Shown piece by piece: positions 43,001 through 52,702 of a stretch of DNA of 64,000 nt (positions within the stretch are counted from its first letter, which is position 1; each line of letters starts with the position of its first letter). The stretch comes from Betaproteobacteria bacterium RIFCSPLOWO2_12_FULL_68_20 (GTDB lineage Bacteria > Pseudomonadota > Gammaproteobacteria > Burkholderiales > SG8-39): positions 17,621 through 81,620 of the forward strand of contig MERQ01000068.1 in assembly GCA_001770655.1 (NCBI GenBank), read 5' to 3'. The position numbers were made by a program, and so were the translations under genes. The notes beneath the pieces are model-generated. The model did not search any database and was not told the DNA's origin. It saw only the letters and a program-made list of their open reading frames with translations.

Positions 43001-44320
43001 ATGAACCCCTCCTGGGCAGGCATTCTCGGCGTCGCGTTCGGCGCCGCCGCCGCGGGGCTCGTCGTCTGGCCGTTCGCCGGGGCGACCTGGGCCTGGGCGG
43101 CGGTCGGCGCCGTGCTCGCTCTGCGCGTGCTGTACCACGCGATCCACCTCGCTGCGCTGCACGCGTGGCTGCGCCGGCCGACGCTGGAGACGCTGCCGCG
43201 CGGCCGCGGCGCCTGGGAAGAGGCGCTCGCCGACCTGCACCGGCTGTTCAAGGGGCGCGATGCCGAGCAGCAGCAGTTGCTGCGCACGCTCGCGCGCTTT
43301 CGCGCCGCCGGCCGGGCGCTGCCCGACGGGGTGGTGATCCTCGATCGCGAGAATCACATCGAGTGGGCGAACCCGACCGCCGCGCGGTACTTCGGCATCG
43401 ATGCGCGGCGCGACTTCGGGCAGCCGGTCACGAATTTCGTGCGCCATCCGGATTTCGTGGCCTACCTTGCGGCGGGCGAGTTCGCCGACCCGCTGGTGCT
43501 GCGCTCGGCGAGAAGCGACGCGGTGCTGTCGCTGCGCGTGATCGAGTTCGGCGACGAGCAGAAGCTGCTCAACTCGCGCGACGTCACCGCCGAGGACCGC
43601 CTCGACACGATGCGGCGCGATTTCGTCGCCAACGTCTCGCACGAGCTGAAGACGCCGGTGACGGTGCTCTCGGGCTTCGTCGAGACGCTCGGCGACGAGT
43701 CGCTCGAGCTCTTGCCGCAGCAGAAGCGCCGCTTCCTCGGCCTCATGGCCGAGCAGGCGCGGCGCATGCAGCGCCTAGTCGAGGACCTGCTCACGCTCTC
43801 CGCGCTCGAGTCGGGCGCGGCGCCGGAGGACGAGCAGCCGATCGAGGTGCGGCCGCTCGTCGAGAGGCTTGCCGAGGAGGCACGCGCGCTCTCGGCGGGC
43901 CGCCATCGGATCGAGATCGCGATCCGGGAGGACTGCCGGCTGCTCGGCAGCCCGAAGGAGCTGCACAGCGCGCTTTCGAACCTGGTGTCGAACGCGGTGC
44001 GCTACACGCCCGAAGGCGGATCGGTGCGGCTCGCCTGGAGGATCGAGGGCGCGCGCGGGGTCTTCAGCGTCGCCGACACCGGCATCGGCATCGAGCCGCG
44101 GCACATGCCGCGGCTGACCGAGCGCTTCTACCGCGTCGACAGCGGCCGCTCGCGCGAAACCGGCGGCACCGGGCTGGGACTCGCGATCGTCAAGCACGCC
44201 CTCACGCGCCACCAAGCGAGCCTGGAGATCGAAAGCGAGCTCGGGCGCGGCTCGACCTTCAGCGCCGTGTTTCCGGCCGCCCGCGTCCTGGCGGCCGGGG
44301 TCGCGAAGGTCGCGGCCTGA
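43001..44320 (+). CDS. phoR: Phosphate regulon sensor kinase PhoR
   Basis: PAS domain; DFVANVSHELKTP, LTERFYRVD and GTGLGLAIVKH motifs. Confidence 0.95.
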   Translation: MNPSWAGILGVAFGAAAAGLVVWPFAGATWAWAAVGAVLALRVLYHAIHLAALHAWLRRPTLETLPRGRGAWEEALADLHRLFKGRDAEQQQLLRTLARFRAAGRALPDGVVILDRENHIEWANPTAARYFGIDARRDFGQPVTNFVRHPDFVAYLAAGEFADPLVLRSARSDAVLSLRVIEFGDEQKLLNSRDVTAEDRLDTMRRDFVANVSHELKTPVTVLSGFVETLGDESLELLPQQKRRFLGLMAEQARRMQRLVEDLLTLSALESGAAPEDEQPIEVRPLVERLAEEARALSAGRHRIEIAIREDCRLLGSPKELHSALSNLVSNAVRYTPEGGSVRLAWRIEGARGVFSVADTGIGIEPRHMPRLTERFYRVDSGRSRETGGTGLGLAIVKHALTRHQASLEIESELGRGSTFSAVFPAARVLAAGVAKVAA

Positions 44321-44323
44321 GCG

Positions 44324-45943
44324 TCAGAGAATCTCGTAGGCGACGCGCTCGAAGTCGCTGCCGCGCTCGATGAGCTCGATCAGGCGCGCGCGCACCGGCG
44401 AGTCGACGAACACCTCGATCACGCGCTTGGGCTTGAACCAGCCCGAAGGAAGGACCAGCGCGGGCGGCGAGCCGAGTGCCGCCACTGCGGTGAGCGAAAG
44501 CGCGGGAACGTACTGCTCGTTCTGCACGTTCAGACCCGTCGGCCGCACGGCGACGGCGGCGGGAAGACCCGGGAGCAGCTTCACGCCCGCGTACAGGTCG
44601 CCGTTCTCGGCCTGCGTGAGCCAGCGCACCTGCCCCAGCGTGAAGCTTTTCGAGTCCCCGGGCTTCGCACCGACCAGCTGGCCGTGCGCATAGCGCCTCC
44701 CGCGATTCGCGGCGCGGCGCACCATGCGCAGGCCCTGCGCGCTCTCGTCCTCGAGCTGCCATTGCTCGAGGACGTAGCCGCGCACCTGGCTGTAGTCGTC
44801 CTCTTCGCGCGTGCTCACTCGGCCGAAGGTGGCGAGCTCCTGGCGCTGCTTCTGCGTGAGCTCCTTCTGCTCGCCGGGCTGGCGGAAGGCGCTTCCCGAG
44901 ATGTAATAGTGGATCGCGCCCATCTCGCCGCAGGCCTGCGCCGTGTCGGTGGCGCGGCGGCGATCGGCCGCGCGCGGCGGCTTGGGCTGGCACCATTGCC
45001 GATACAGGAACACCAGCAGCTGCTCGCACGAAGGCTGCACGCAGTCCTCGCCGAGCGCGAGCTTGGCGGGCGACTCGCCCTTCCTGAGCAGGCCGACGCG
45101 GTTGCGCAGGCTCTTCGCGAGCTTGCCCGCGTCGAGGCAGCGCGGCTCGGCCATCTTCGCCACGCCGGGGTTCTCGAAGCGCTCGGGGCAGCGCTCGCCG
45201 GCGAGATCGACCATCAGCGGCGCGATCTCGTCCTCGGGCGGCGGCTGCCTGAGCACCTCCAGCTTCACCGCCCAGCGCTCGAGCAGGAACGCCACGAAGG
45301 TGAGCTGGCGCTGCGCGAGCTCGTTCGGATTGCACATTCCCATCAGCACGGCGCGCGCGTAGGCGATGCGCGACGAGGTGTCGTGGACGTCGCGGTTCAG
45401 GTAGTCCTTCACCTGCTCTTGCGCGACCTCAAGCTGCTCGGCCTTGGCGTACACCTCGTGCAACGAGCGCCATTCGCGCACCGGCACCTGCCGGTAGGCG
45501 CGGTAATGGTGGAACATCTTCAGGCCCGAGTAGGCGAGCAGCCGCTGGCAGATGAGGCCCGCCTGCGCCCGCAGCGCGGCGTCGCCGCCGAGCGCCGCCT
45601 CGAGGCAGCGCAGGTACCCCAGCCGGGTCTGCTCCCACAGCTCGATCGTATCGGCGAACACCGCGGCTTCGGCCTGGGCCATCGGCAGCGCCCGGTTGGT
45701 GAAGCGCTTCGCCTGCTCGATCTGCACGAAGTTGACCGCCTCGCGCAGCGCCTCCATGACCGCGAGCCGGTTCGCCGCCTTGGTGGGGAAGCGGTTGAAC
45801 TCCTGGAGCTCGGCGAGCAGCGCGCTCTGTGCCGCCCCGACGTTGGCGAGCGGCACGTCGCCCAGCCACGCCTTGCACGCCTCCGGGTCGACGAATTCCG
45901 GGGTGGCCTCGGCGGCGAGCGCGGGGAGCTCGAAGTCGCTCAT
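44324..45943 (-). CDS. Conserved protein with a split PilZ-like c-di-GMP motif (FimW-like)
   Basis: Helical N-terminus with W...LP.AN; RxxxR (RAADR) and DxSxxG (DESAQG); C-terminal beta domain ending DFER. Confidence 0.65.
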   Translation of the reverse strand: MSDFELPALAAEATPEFVDPEACKAWLGDVPLANVGAAQSALLAELQEFNRFPTKAANRLAVMEALREAVNFVQIEQAKRFTNRALPMAQAEAAVFADTIELWEQTRLGYLRCLEAALGGDAALRAQAGLICQRLLAYSGLKMFHHYRAYRQVPVREWRSLHEVYAKAEQLEVAQEQVKDYLNRDVHDTSSRIAYARAVLMGMCNPNELAQRQLTFVAFLLERWAVKLEVLRQPPPEDEIAPLMVDLAGERCPERFENPGVAKMAEPRCLDAGKLAKSLRNRVGLLRKGESPAKLALGEDCVQPSCEQLLVFLYRQWCQPKPPRAADRRRATDTAQACGEMGAIHYYISGSAFRQPGEQKELTQKQRQELATFGRVSTREEDDYSQVRGYVLEQWQLEDESAQGLRMVRRAANRGRRYAHGQLVGAKPGDSKSFTLGQVRWLTQAENGDLYAGVKLLPGLPAAVAVRPTGLNVQNEQYVPALSLTAVAALGSPPALVLPSGWFKPKRVIEVFVDSPVRARLIELIERGSDFERVAYEIL

Positions 45944-45983
45944 GCGTGCAATTGTATGTATATAGTCGGCTTCGGCGCTGCCG

Positions 45984-46745
45984 TCACGTGCCGAATATGT
46001 CACGATAGCTGGCGTAGAAGCTCGCGAGCAGGGTCGGCAGGAGCACGATCACCAGCGGCAATGCGAGCGCCATCGCCGGCACGGCGAGCGCGCCGCCGGA
46101 GACCAGCGCCAGCGTCCCGAGAACCACCAACGGCAGCGCAAGCATGAGAGCCGCGGTCACCGCCCCGTAGGCGAGAAAGGCGCCCCAGTTCATGAGGCAG
46201 GCGACGAAGCTGAAAAACAGCGCCTTCGCCGCCCCGCTTGCGTGCCACGCGACAAGCAGCGGTCCGAACCAGAACGCCATCATCACAGGGGTGTAGAGTG
46301 CCGCGGCCGTCGCGAGCGCGGCAAGGAACGCCGATGAGCCGAGCACCTCGTCGGCCGGGCGCTCGCCAAGCAGCATCCAGCGCGCGAGCGCGCCCCCGTC
46401 GGCGAGCGCGGTGGCGCCGAGCACCAGCGCAAGGCAGGCGAAGTACACGACTCCGAGCGCGAGCTGCGCGCGCAGCTTGTCGCGAAATCCTGCGAACAGC
46501 AGCGCGATCCCGGGCGCCTCGTCGCGCGCGCAGGCGCGGGCGGCCGCCATGAATCCCACCGAGAACGGCGGCACCAGCACCGCGGCGGCGGCGACACCGA
46601 GCACCGGCACGAGCGACACCATCGTCATCAGCAGCCAATAGGCGAATACCAGCGCGAGCCACGCAAGCGGCGCGGCGCGGAACAGCCGCCAGCCTTCGCC
46701 GAGCCAGCGCGCGCCGCGTGCGCTGCCAACGATGCGCGCCTGCAC
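45984..46745 (-). CDS. BPSS1780 family membrane protein
   Basis: RGARWL.EGWRLF..AP, MAFWFGP.LV.W and YASYRDIF motifs; downstream of thrB. Confidence 0.82.
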   Translation of the reverse strand: MQARIVGSARGARWLGEGWRLFRAAPLAWLALVFAYWLLMTMVSLVPVLGVAAAAVLVPPFSVGFMAAARACARDEAPGIALLFAGFRDKLRAQLALGVVYFACLALVLGATALADGGALARWMLLGERPADEVLGSSAFLAALATAAALYTPVMMAFWFGPLLVAWHASGAAKALFFSFVACLMNWGAFLAYGAVTAALMLALPLVVLGTLALVSGGALAVPAMALALPLVIVLLPTLLASFYASYRDIFGT

Positions 46746-46750
46746 CGCGC

Positions 46751-47704
46751 CTACTCCGCCCAGGGCAAGCGCTCTGCCGCGATCCGCAGTTCGAGCACCA
46801 GGCGGAAATGCTCCGGGTCGTGCGCGTGCACCAGCATTCCCGGCCGCGGCAGATGATAATCGTGCAGCCGCGAGAGCCAGAAGCGCAGCGCCGCGGCGCG
46901 CAGCATCACCGGCCAGGCGCCGCGCTCGAGCGCGCTGAACGGGCGCACGGCTGCGTAGCTCGAAAGCAGCGCCGCGAGCCGCGTCTCGTCGAGGCGCCGG
47001 TCGGCGGCGGGGTCCGCGAGGCACCAGTCGTTCGCGCACACCGCGAGGTCGAACAGCAGGCACTCGACGCCGGCGAAATAGAAGTCGATCACGCCCGACA
47101 GGCGCCCGCCTTCGAACAGCGCGTTGTCGCGGAACAGGTCCGCGTGCACCGGCCCGCGCGGCAGATCCGCAAATCGGTGCCGCGACTGGAAGGCGAGCTC
47201 CTGGTCGAGCAGCCGCCGGCGTTCTTCATCGAGGAACGGCCGCACCGCGATTGCCGCGACTCGCCACCACCTCGGGCCGCGCGGATTTTCCAGGTAGCCG
47301 GCGAAGGAGCCGCCGGCGAGATGCATGCGGGCGAGAAGCGCGCCGAGCTGGGCGCAGGCGTCGACGCCGGGATGCTCGATCGAGCGTCCCGGCAGCCGCG
47401 TGACCAGCGCCGCCGGCTTGCCCTTCAGGCTCGACAGGTACCGGTCGGACAGATCGGCCATCGGCGCAGGGCACGGGATGCCGTGGCGCGCGAAGTGCGC
47501 CATCAGGTCCAAGTAGAAAGGCAACTCGTCGGCCGGCAACCGCTCGAACAGCGTCAGGACGTAGCGCCCCTGAGCGGTGGTGACGAAGTAGTTGCTGTTC
47601 TCGATTCCCAACCCGATCGGCTCGAACCCGGCGAGCGCGCCGACCGAATAGCCGCGCAGCCAGGCCGAGAGCTCGGCTTCGGAGACGGGTGTATAGACCG
47701 ACAA
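46751..47704 (-). CDS. thrB: Homoserine kinase type II
   Basis: MSVYT, GIENSNYF, HADLFRDN, IDFYFA and LRFWLSRL motifs. Confidence 0.95.
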   Translation of the reverse strand: MSVYTPVSEAELSAWLRGYSVGALAGFEPIGLGIENSNYFVTTAQGRYVLTLFERLPADELPFYLDLMAHFARHGIPCPAPMADLSDRYLSSLKGKPAALVTRLPGRSIEHPGVDACAQLGALLARMHLAGGSFAGYLENPRGPRWWRVAAIAVRPFLDEERRRLLDQELAFQSRHRFADLPRGPVHADLFRDNALFEGGRLSGVIDFYFAGVECLLFDLAVCANDWCLADPAADRRLDETRLAALLSSYAAVRPFSALERGAWPVMLRAAALRFWLSRLHDYHLPRPGMLVHAHDPEHFRLVLELRIAAERLPWAE

Positions 47705-47705
47705 T

Positions 47706-48038
47706 TCAGTCGAAGGTGGTGATCGGCCACATCGGCACGCCCACGCCGCCCTCGAGCGAATCGCGCCGCATCCAAACTCCGTTTCCGCTGGTGTCGACCA
47801 GGTAGAAAGGCTTCCCGCCCGGCGGCGTCACCTTGAGCATGACCACGCGGCCGCCCTGGCGGACTTCCTCGACCGTCGCGCCCTCGGGCACCGGGATGCG
47901 CACGCGCGGCTCGTCCGGCCCCGAAATCGCCGGCGGCGGCGGAGGCTCGGGCAGCGGCTCGAGCTTGGGCGGGCGCTGCTGCTGGGCGAGCGCGCCGGAT
48001 GCCACGATCGCGAGCGCGAGAACGAGTAGGCGGCGCAT
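47706..48038 (-). CDS. DUF2782 family exported protein
   Basis: Signal peptide, Pro-rich linker, VEE.R..G....KVTP..G.PFYL.D and PMW motifs. Confidence 0.85.
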   Translation of the reverse strand: MRRLLVLALAIVASGALAQQQRPPKLEPLPEPPPPPAISGPDEPRVRIPVPEGATVEEVRQGGRVVMLKVTPPGGKPFYLVDTSGNGVWMRRDSLEGGVGVPMWPITTFD

Positions 48039-48063
48039 GTTGTTCCTTGGACAGCCGATTCTA

Positions 48064-48780
48064 CTAGAGGTTGAGCAACACCTCGCGCTCGGCGGGCGAG
48101 GGCTCGAAGCCGCGCTTCTCGTAGAACGCGAAGATCGCGTCCACCACCTGCTGCGGCTCGTCATGTACCTGCACGAGGTCCATGTCGGCGGGGTCGATCA
48201 TGTTCTCCCCGACCAGGCGCTCGCGGAACCAGGCGATGAGCCCGCGCCAATACGGCTCGTGCATCAGGATGATCGGCATCTTGCGCGTCTTGCCGGTCTG
48301 CACCAGTGTGAGCGCCTCGAACAGCTCGTCGAGCGTGCCGAAGCCGCCGGGCAGGATGACGAACGCGGTGGCGAACTTCGCGAACATCACCTTGCGCGTG
48401 AAGAAATGCTTGAAGCGAAGCCCGATGTGCTGGTACCGGTTCGAGTGCTGCTCGCGCGGCAGATCGATGTTGAGGCCCACCGCGAGGCCCTGGCCGTGGA
48501 AGGCGCCCTTGTTGGCGGCTTCCATCACCCCGGGCCCGCCGCCCGAGATCACCGCGAAACCGGCGTCGGAGAGCAGCCGCGCAGTCTTCTCGGCAAGCTG
48601 GTAGTAAGGCGAGCCCGGAGCCACGCGCGCGCTGCCGAATATCGACACGGCGGGACGGATCCCGGCGAGCCGCTCGGTCGCCTCGACGAACTCTGCCATA
48701 ATGCCGAACACCCTCCACGCCTCGCGAGCCGAGATCTCGCGGGCGAGACCCGCGGCCTTCGGTAGCTTTTCGTGTTTCAT
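48064..48780 (-). CDS. LOG family (TIGR00730) nucleotide monophosphate nucleosidase
   Basis: VSIFGSAR, SGGGPGVMEAAN and PGGFGTLDELFE motifs. Confidence 0.92.
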   Translation of the reverse strand: MKHEKLPKAAGLAREISAREAWRVFGIMAEFVEATERLAGIRPAVSIFGSARVAPGSPYYQLAEKTARLLSDAGFAVISGGGPGVMEAANKGAFHGQGLAVGLNIDLPREQHSNRYQHIGLRFKHFFTRKVMFAKFATAFVILPGGFGTLDELFEALTLVQTGKTRKMPIILMHEPYWRGLIAWFRERLVGENMIDPADMDLVQVHDEPQQVVDAIFAFYEKRGFEPSPAEREVLLNL

Positions 48781-48781
48781 C

Positions 48782-51493
48782 GTGTCGGAAAACGATCCTG
48801 AAAAGACGCTGCTGCTGGTCGACGGCTCGTCGTATCTGTACCGCGCGTTCCACGCGCTGCCCGAGCTGAGAAACCCGAAGGGCGAGCCGACCGGCGCCAT
48901 TTACGGCGTGCTAAGCATGCTGCGGCGCCTCGCCGCCGATTATAAGGCGCAGGCGCGCGCCTGCGTCTTCGACGCGAAAGGCAGGACTTTCCGCGACGAC
49001 GCGTACCCGCAGTACAAGGCGCACCGGCCGCCGATGCCCGAGGACCTGGCGAGCCAGATCGAGCCGCTCAAGGAGGCGGTGGCGGCGCTCGGCTGGCAGG
49101 TGCTCGCCGTCGAGGGCGTGGAGGCCGACGACGTGATCGCGACGCTTGCCGAGCAGGCGAAGCGCGCCGGCTGGAGCTGCGTCGTCTCCACCGGCGACAA
49201 GGACCTCGCGCAACTCGTGGACGGGCGCGTGACGCTCGTCAACACCATGTCCAACGAAACGCTCGACGCGCCGGGCGTGATGCAAAAGTTCGGCGTTCCG
49301 GCCGACAAGTTCGTGGACTACCTGACGCTCGTCGGCGACTCGGTGGACAACGTTCCCGGCGTCGAGCAGGTCGGTCCCAAGACCGCGGCGAAATGGATCT
49401 CGCAGTACGGCTCGCTCGACGCGGTGATCGCCCACGCGGGCGAAGTCCCCGGCGCCGCCGGCGAAAACCTGAGAAAAGCGCTCGACTGGCTGCCGAAGGG
49501 CCGCAGCCTGCTGACGGTGAAGCGCGATGTGGCGCTGCCGCTGCGGCTCGAGGATCTGGTCGACGGCAGGGGTGACCCGGAGCGCCAGAAGGCGCTGTTC
49601 GAGCGATTCGGCTTCAAGTCGTGGCTGAGGGAGGTCGAATCCGGCGCGGAGCCCGCAGCGGCGACGCAGCCGTCAGCGCAGGAAACGCAGCGCCGAAAGT
49701 ACGTCGCGATCCTCGACGCGAAGGAGCTGAACGAGCTCGTCGCCGACTTCGATCGGGCGGCCCTGGTCGGCTTCGACACCGAGACCACGGGCCTGGATCC
49801 GATGACCGCGCGGCTCGTGGGCATGTCCTTCGCGTGCGGCGCAAGCGCCGCGTACCTGCCGCTCGCGCACGACTATCCCGGCGCGCCGCCGCAGCTTCCG
49901 GCGGATGCGGCGCTCGCGATCCTGAAGCCCTGGCTGGAAAGCGACCAGCGAAGGAAGGTCGGCCAGAACCTCAAGTTCGACGCGCACGTGCTCGCCAACC
50001 ACGGCGTGCGGCTCGCCGGCATCGCGCACGACACGCTGCTCGAGTCGTACGTGCTCGAGGCGCACGAGCGCCACGATCTCGACTCGCTCGCGCAGCGGCA
50101 TCTGGGCTGGAAGACCATCAGCTACGACGAGGTGACCGGCAAGGGCGCCGCGCGAATCGCGTTTTCCGCCGTGGAGGTCGCGCGCGCGACCGACTACGCC
50201 GCCGAGGACGCCGATTGCGCGCTCGCGCTGCACGACGCGCTCCACCCCCGAATCGCGGCCGACGCGAAGCTGGATTTCGTGTACCGGCAAATCGAGCTGC
50301 CGGTCTTGCCGGTGCTGCTGCGCATGGAGCGCAACGGCGTGCTGCTCGACGCGGCGAAGCTCGATGCGCAAAGCCGCGAGCTCGGCAAGGAGATGCTCGA
50401 GCTCGAGCAGAGGGCCTACCAGCTCGCCGGACAGCCCTTCAATCTCAACTCGCCGAAGCAGATCCAGGAGATCCTGTTCGAGCGCCAGAAGCTCCCGGTG
50501 AAGAAGAAGACGCCCTTGGGCCAGCCCTCGACCGACGAGGACGTGCTGGAGGAGCTCGCGCAGGACTACCCGCTGCCCAAGGTGTTGCTCGAGTACCGCG
50601 CGCTCGCGAAGCTCAAGTCCACCTACACCGACAAGCTGCCGCGCATGGTGAACGCGCAGACCGGGCGCGTGCACACCACCTACTCGCAGACCACCGCCGT
50701 GACCGGCAGGCTCGCCTCGAACGACCCGAACCTGCAGAACATCCCGATCCGCACGCCCGCGGGCCGGCGCATCCGCGAGGCGTTCATCGCGCCGCCGGGA
50801 TCGAAAATCGTCTCGGCCGACTACTCGCAGATCGAGCTGCGGATCATGGCGCACCTCTCGGGCGACGCGGGGCTGCGGCACGCGTTCCTGCACGGACACG
50901 ACGTGCACCGCGCCACCGCCGCGGAGGTGTTCGGGCGGAAACTCGAGGAAGTGAGCGAGGACGAGCGGCGCACAGCGAAGGTGATCAACTTCGGGCTGAT
51001 CTACGGCATGTCGAGCTTCGGCCTCGCGCAGAACCTCGGCATCGAGCGAGTCACGGCGCAGGCGTACATCGACTCGTATTTCTCGCGCTATCCCGGGGTG
51101 AAGCGCTACATGGATCAAACGCGAGAGAAGGCACGCGCGGCAGGCTTCGTCGAGACGGTGTTCGGCAGGCGGCTCTATCTGCCGGAGATGAAGTCGGGAA
51201 GCCCCGCGCGGCGCCAGGCTGCCGAGCGCGCAGCGATCAACGCGCCGATGCAGGGCACTGCGGCCGATCTCATCAAGCTGGCGATGGTTGCGGTTCAGGG
51301 CTGGCTCGATGGCGAGAACAAGAAAACGATGCTCATCATGCAAGTGCACGACGAGCTGGTGCTCGAGGTTCCCGAGACGGAGCTCGCCGAAGTGAAAGAG
51401 AAGGTGCGCGAGCTGATGCAGACGGTGGCGAAGCTGGAGGTGGCGCTCGTCGTCGATGTCGGCGAAGGCGACAACTGGGACCAGGCGCATTGA
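48782..51493 (+). CDS. polA: DNA polymerase I
   Basis: LVDGSSYLYRAFH (5'-3' exo), FDTETT (ExoI), ADYSQIELR, KVINFGLIYG and QVHDELV motifs. Confidence 0.98.
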   Translation: MSENDPEKTLLLVDGSSYLYRAFHALPELRNPKGEPTGAIYGVLSMLRRLAADYKAQARACVFDAKGRTFRDDAYPQYKAHRPPMPEDLASQIEPLKEAVAALGWQVLAVEGVEADDVIATLAEQAKRAGWSCVVSTGDKDLAQLVDGRVTLVNTMSNETLDAPGVMQKFGVPADKFVDYLTLVGDSVDNVPGVEQVGPKTAAKWISQYGSLDAVIAHAGEVPGAAGENLRKALDWLPKGRSLLTVKRDVALPLRLEDLVDGRGDPERQKALFERFGFKSWLREVESGAEPAAATQPSAQETQRRKYVAILDAKELNELVADFDRAALVGFDTETTGLDPMTARLVGMSFACGASAAYLPLAHDYPGAPPQLPADAALAILKPWLESDQRRKVGQNLKFDAHVLANHGVRLAGIAHDTLLESYVLEAHERHDLDSLAQRHLGWKTISYDEVTGKGAARIAFSAVEVARATDYAAEDADCALALHDALHPRIAADAKLDFVYRQIELPVLPVLLRMERNGVLLDAAKLDAQSRELGKEMLELEQRAYQLAGQPFNLNSPKQIQEILFERQKLPVKKKTPLGQPSTDEDVLEELAQDYPLPKVLLEYRALAKLKSTYTDKLPRMVNAQTGRVHTTYSQTTAVTGRLASNDPNLQNIPIRTPAGRRIREAFIAPPGSKIVSADYSQIELRIMAHLSGDAGLRHAFLHGHDVHRATAAEVFGRKLEEVSEDERRTAKVINFGLIYGMSSFGLAQNLGIERVTAQAYIDSYFSRYPGVKRYMDQTREKARAAGFVETVFGRRLYLPEMKSGSPARRQAAERAAINAPMQGTAADLIKLAMVAVQGWLDGENKKTMLIMQVHDELVLEVPETELAEVKEKVRELMQTVAKLEVALVVDVGEGDNWDQAH

Positions 51494-51506
51494 GCGCGGA
51501 ACACCG

Positions 51507-51548
51507 CTTGACCCATAACTTGACCGACACTTGACCGACGGGTAGCAT
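51507..51548 (+). promoter_or_regulatory. Fic promoter with three CTTGACC direct repeats; probably leaderless
   Basis: CTTGACC at 51507, 51519 and 51530; TTGACC(51520)-17 bp-TAGCAT(51543); ATG follows after 7 nt with no SD. Confidence 0.65.
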
Positions 51549-51555
51549 CCGCGGC

Positions 51556-52557
51556 ATGGGCTATCGGCCGCGGTTCGCGATCACGCCGGCGCTGCTGGGG
51601 CGCGTGGAGGCGGTGGCGGCGCTGCGGGAGCGGATCCAGGGGGCGGCGGTGCAGGTGGCGTGGATTCCGGCGCTGCAGAAGGACACGCGCGCGCGCAACG
51701 CGCATTCCTCGACGGCGATCGAGGGCAATCCGCTGACGCTGGAGCAGGTGCGCGCGGTTGAGGCGGGCGAGGCGCTGCCGGTGCCGGCGAGGGTGCGCCG
51801 GGAGGTGGTGAATTATTTCGCGGCGCTGCGGCACATCGAGAAGCAGGCGGCGAAGAAGCGGATCGCGCACGAGGACGTGCTGCGGCTGCACGCGATCATC
51901 GCCGGAGAGGTGATGGACCAGGGCGAAGCGGGGCGCTACCGGACGATAGGCGTGCAGGTCGGCGCCTATGTTCCGCCGCCTCCCGGGGAGGTCTCCGGCC
52001 TGATGCGCGAGTTCCTCGAGTGGTGGAACGACGACGCCCCGGTTCTTTCCCCGGTGCTGAGCTCGGCGATCGTGCACTACCGGTTCGAGGCGATCCATCC
52101 GTTCGCCGACGGCAACGGCCGCGCGGGCCGCGCGCTCGCGCTGTGGGAGCTCTACCGGCGCGGCTTCGACTCGCACCACATTTTCTCGGTGGACGAGTTC
52201 TACTGGGAGGATCGGCCGCGCTACTACGCGGCGCTCGAGGCGGTGCGCGAGCAGGGCGAGGACCTGACGTCGTGGCTGGAATACTGCGCCGAAGGCTTGC
52301 AGCAGACTCTCGAGCGCGTGTGGCAGCGCATCCAGCAGCTCTCGGCCTCGAGAAGCCGGGCGCGGGTGGTGCTGCGCCCGAAGCAGGAGCAATTGCTGCA
52401 GCTGCTGCGCGCGCGGGGAAGCCTGAGCCCGCGCGAGATCTGGGACGGCCTGCGCATCTCCAAGCAGGGCGCGATGGACCTGATCCGCCCGCTGGTGAAG
52501 GCGAAGCTCGTCAAGCGCGTGGGCACGCTGAAGAACGGCCGCTACGTCCTCCGATGA
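51556..52557 (+). CDS. Fic family protein (class II) with C-terminal winged HTH
   Basis: Inhibitory motif SSTAIEGN, catalytic motif HPFADGNGRAGR and a C-terminal HTH with wing (GTLKNGRY). Confidence 0.92.
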   Translation: MGYRPRFAITPALLGRVEAVAALRERIQGAAVQVAWIPALQKDTRARNAHSSTAIEGNPLTLEQVRAVEAGEALPVPARVRREVVNYFAALRHIEKQAAKKRIAHEDVLRLHAIIAGEVMDQGEAGRYRTIGVQVGAYVPPPPGEVSGLMREFLEWWNDDAPVLSPVLSSAIVHYRFEAIHPFADGNGRAGRALALWELYRRGFDSHHIFSVDEFYWEDRPRYYAALEAVREQGEDLTSWLEYCAEGLQQTLERVWQRIQQLSASRSRARVVLRPKQEQLLQLLRARGSLSPREIWDGLRISKQGAMDLIRPLVKAKLVKRVGTLKNGRYVLR

Positions 52558-52598
52558 CGGCGCGCGCCTGCTCCGAAGACCAGCTCGCCGAGCAGCCT
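52554..52598 (+). pseudogene. Probable N-terminal stub of type I restriction subunit HsdR
   Basis: ATGA coupling to the Fic stop; MTARACSEDQLAEQP resembles the HsdR start (Y)(S/T)ED.LVEQP, after which similarity is lost. Confidence 0.5.
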
Positions 52599-52702
52599 TA
52601 CCGCAGCGCCCCGAATACCTTCCTGATGATGTCCGTGCCCGCCCCCACCGGATCCTTGCGGATTTTGAACGCCTCCGCTGAGGATTATCGCGCGCGTTCG
52701 CC

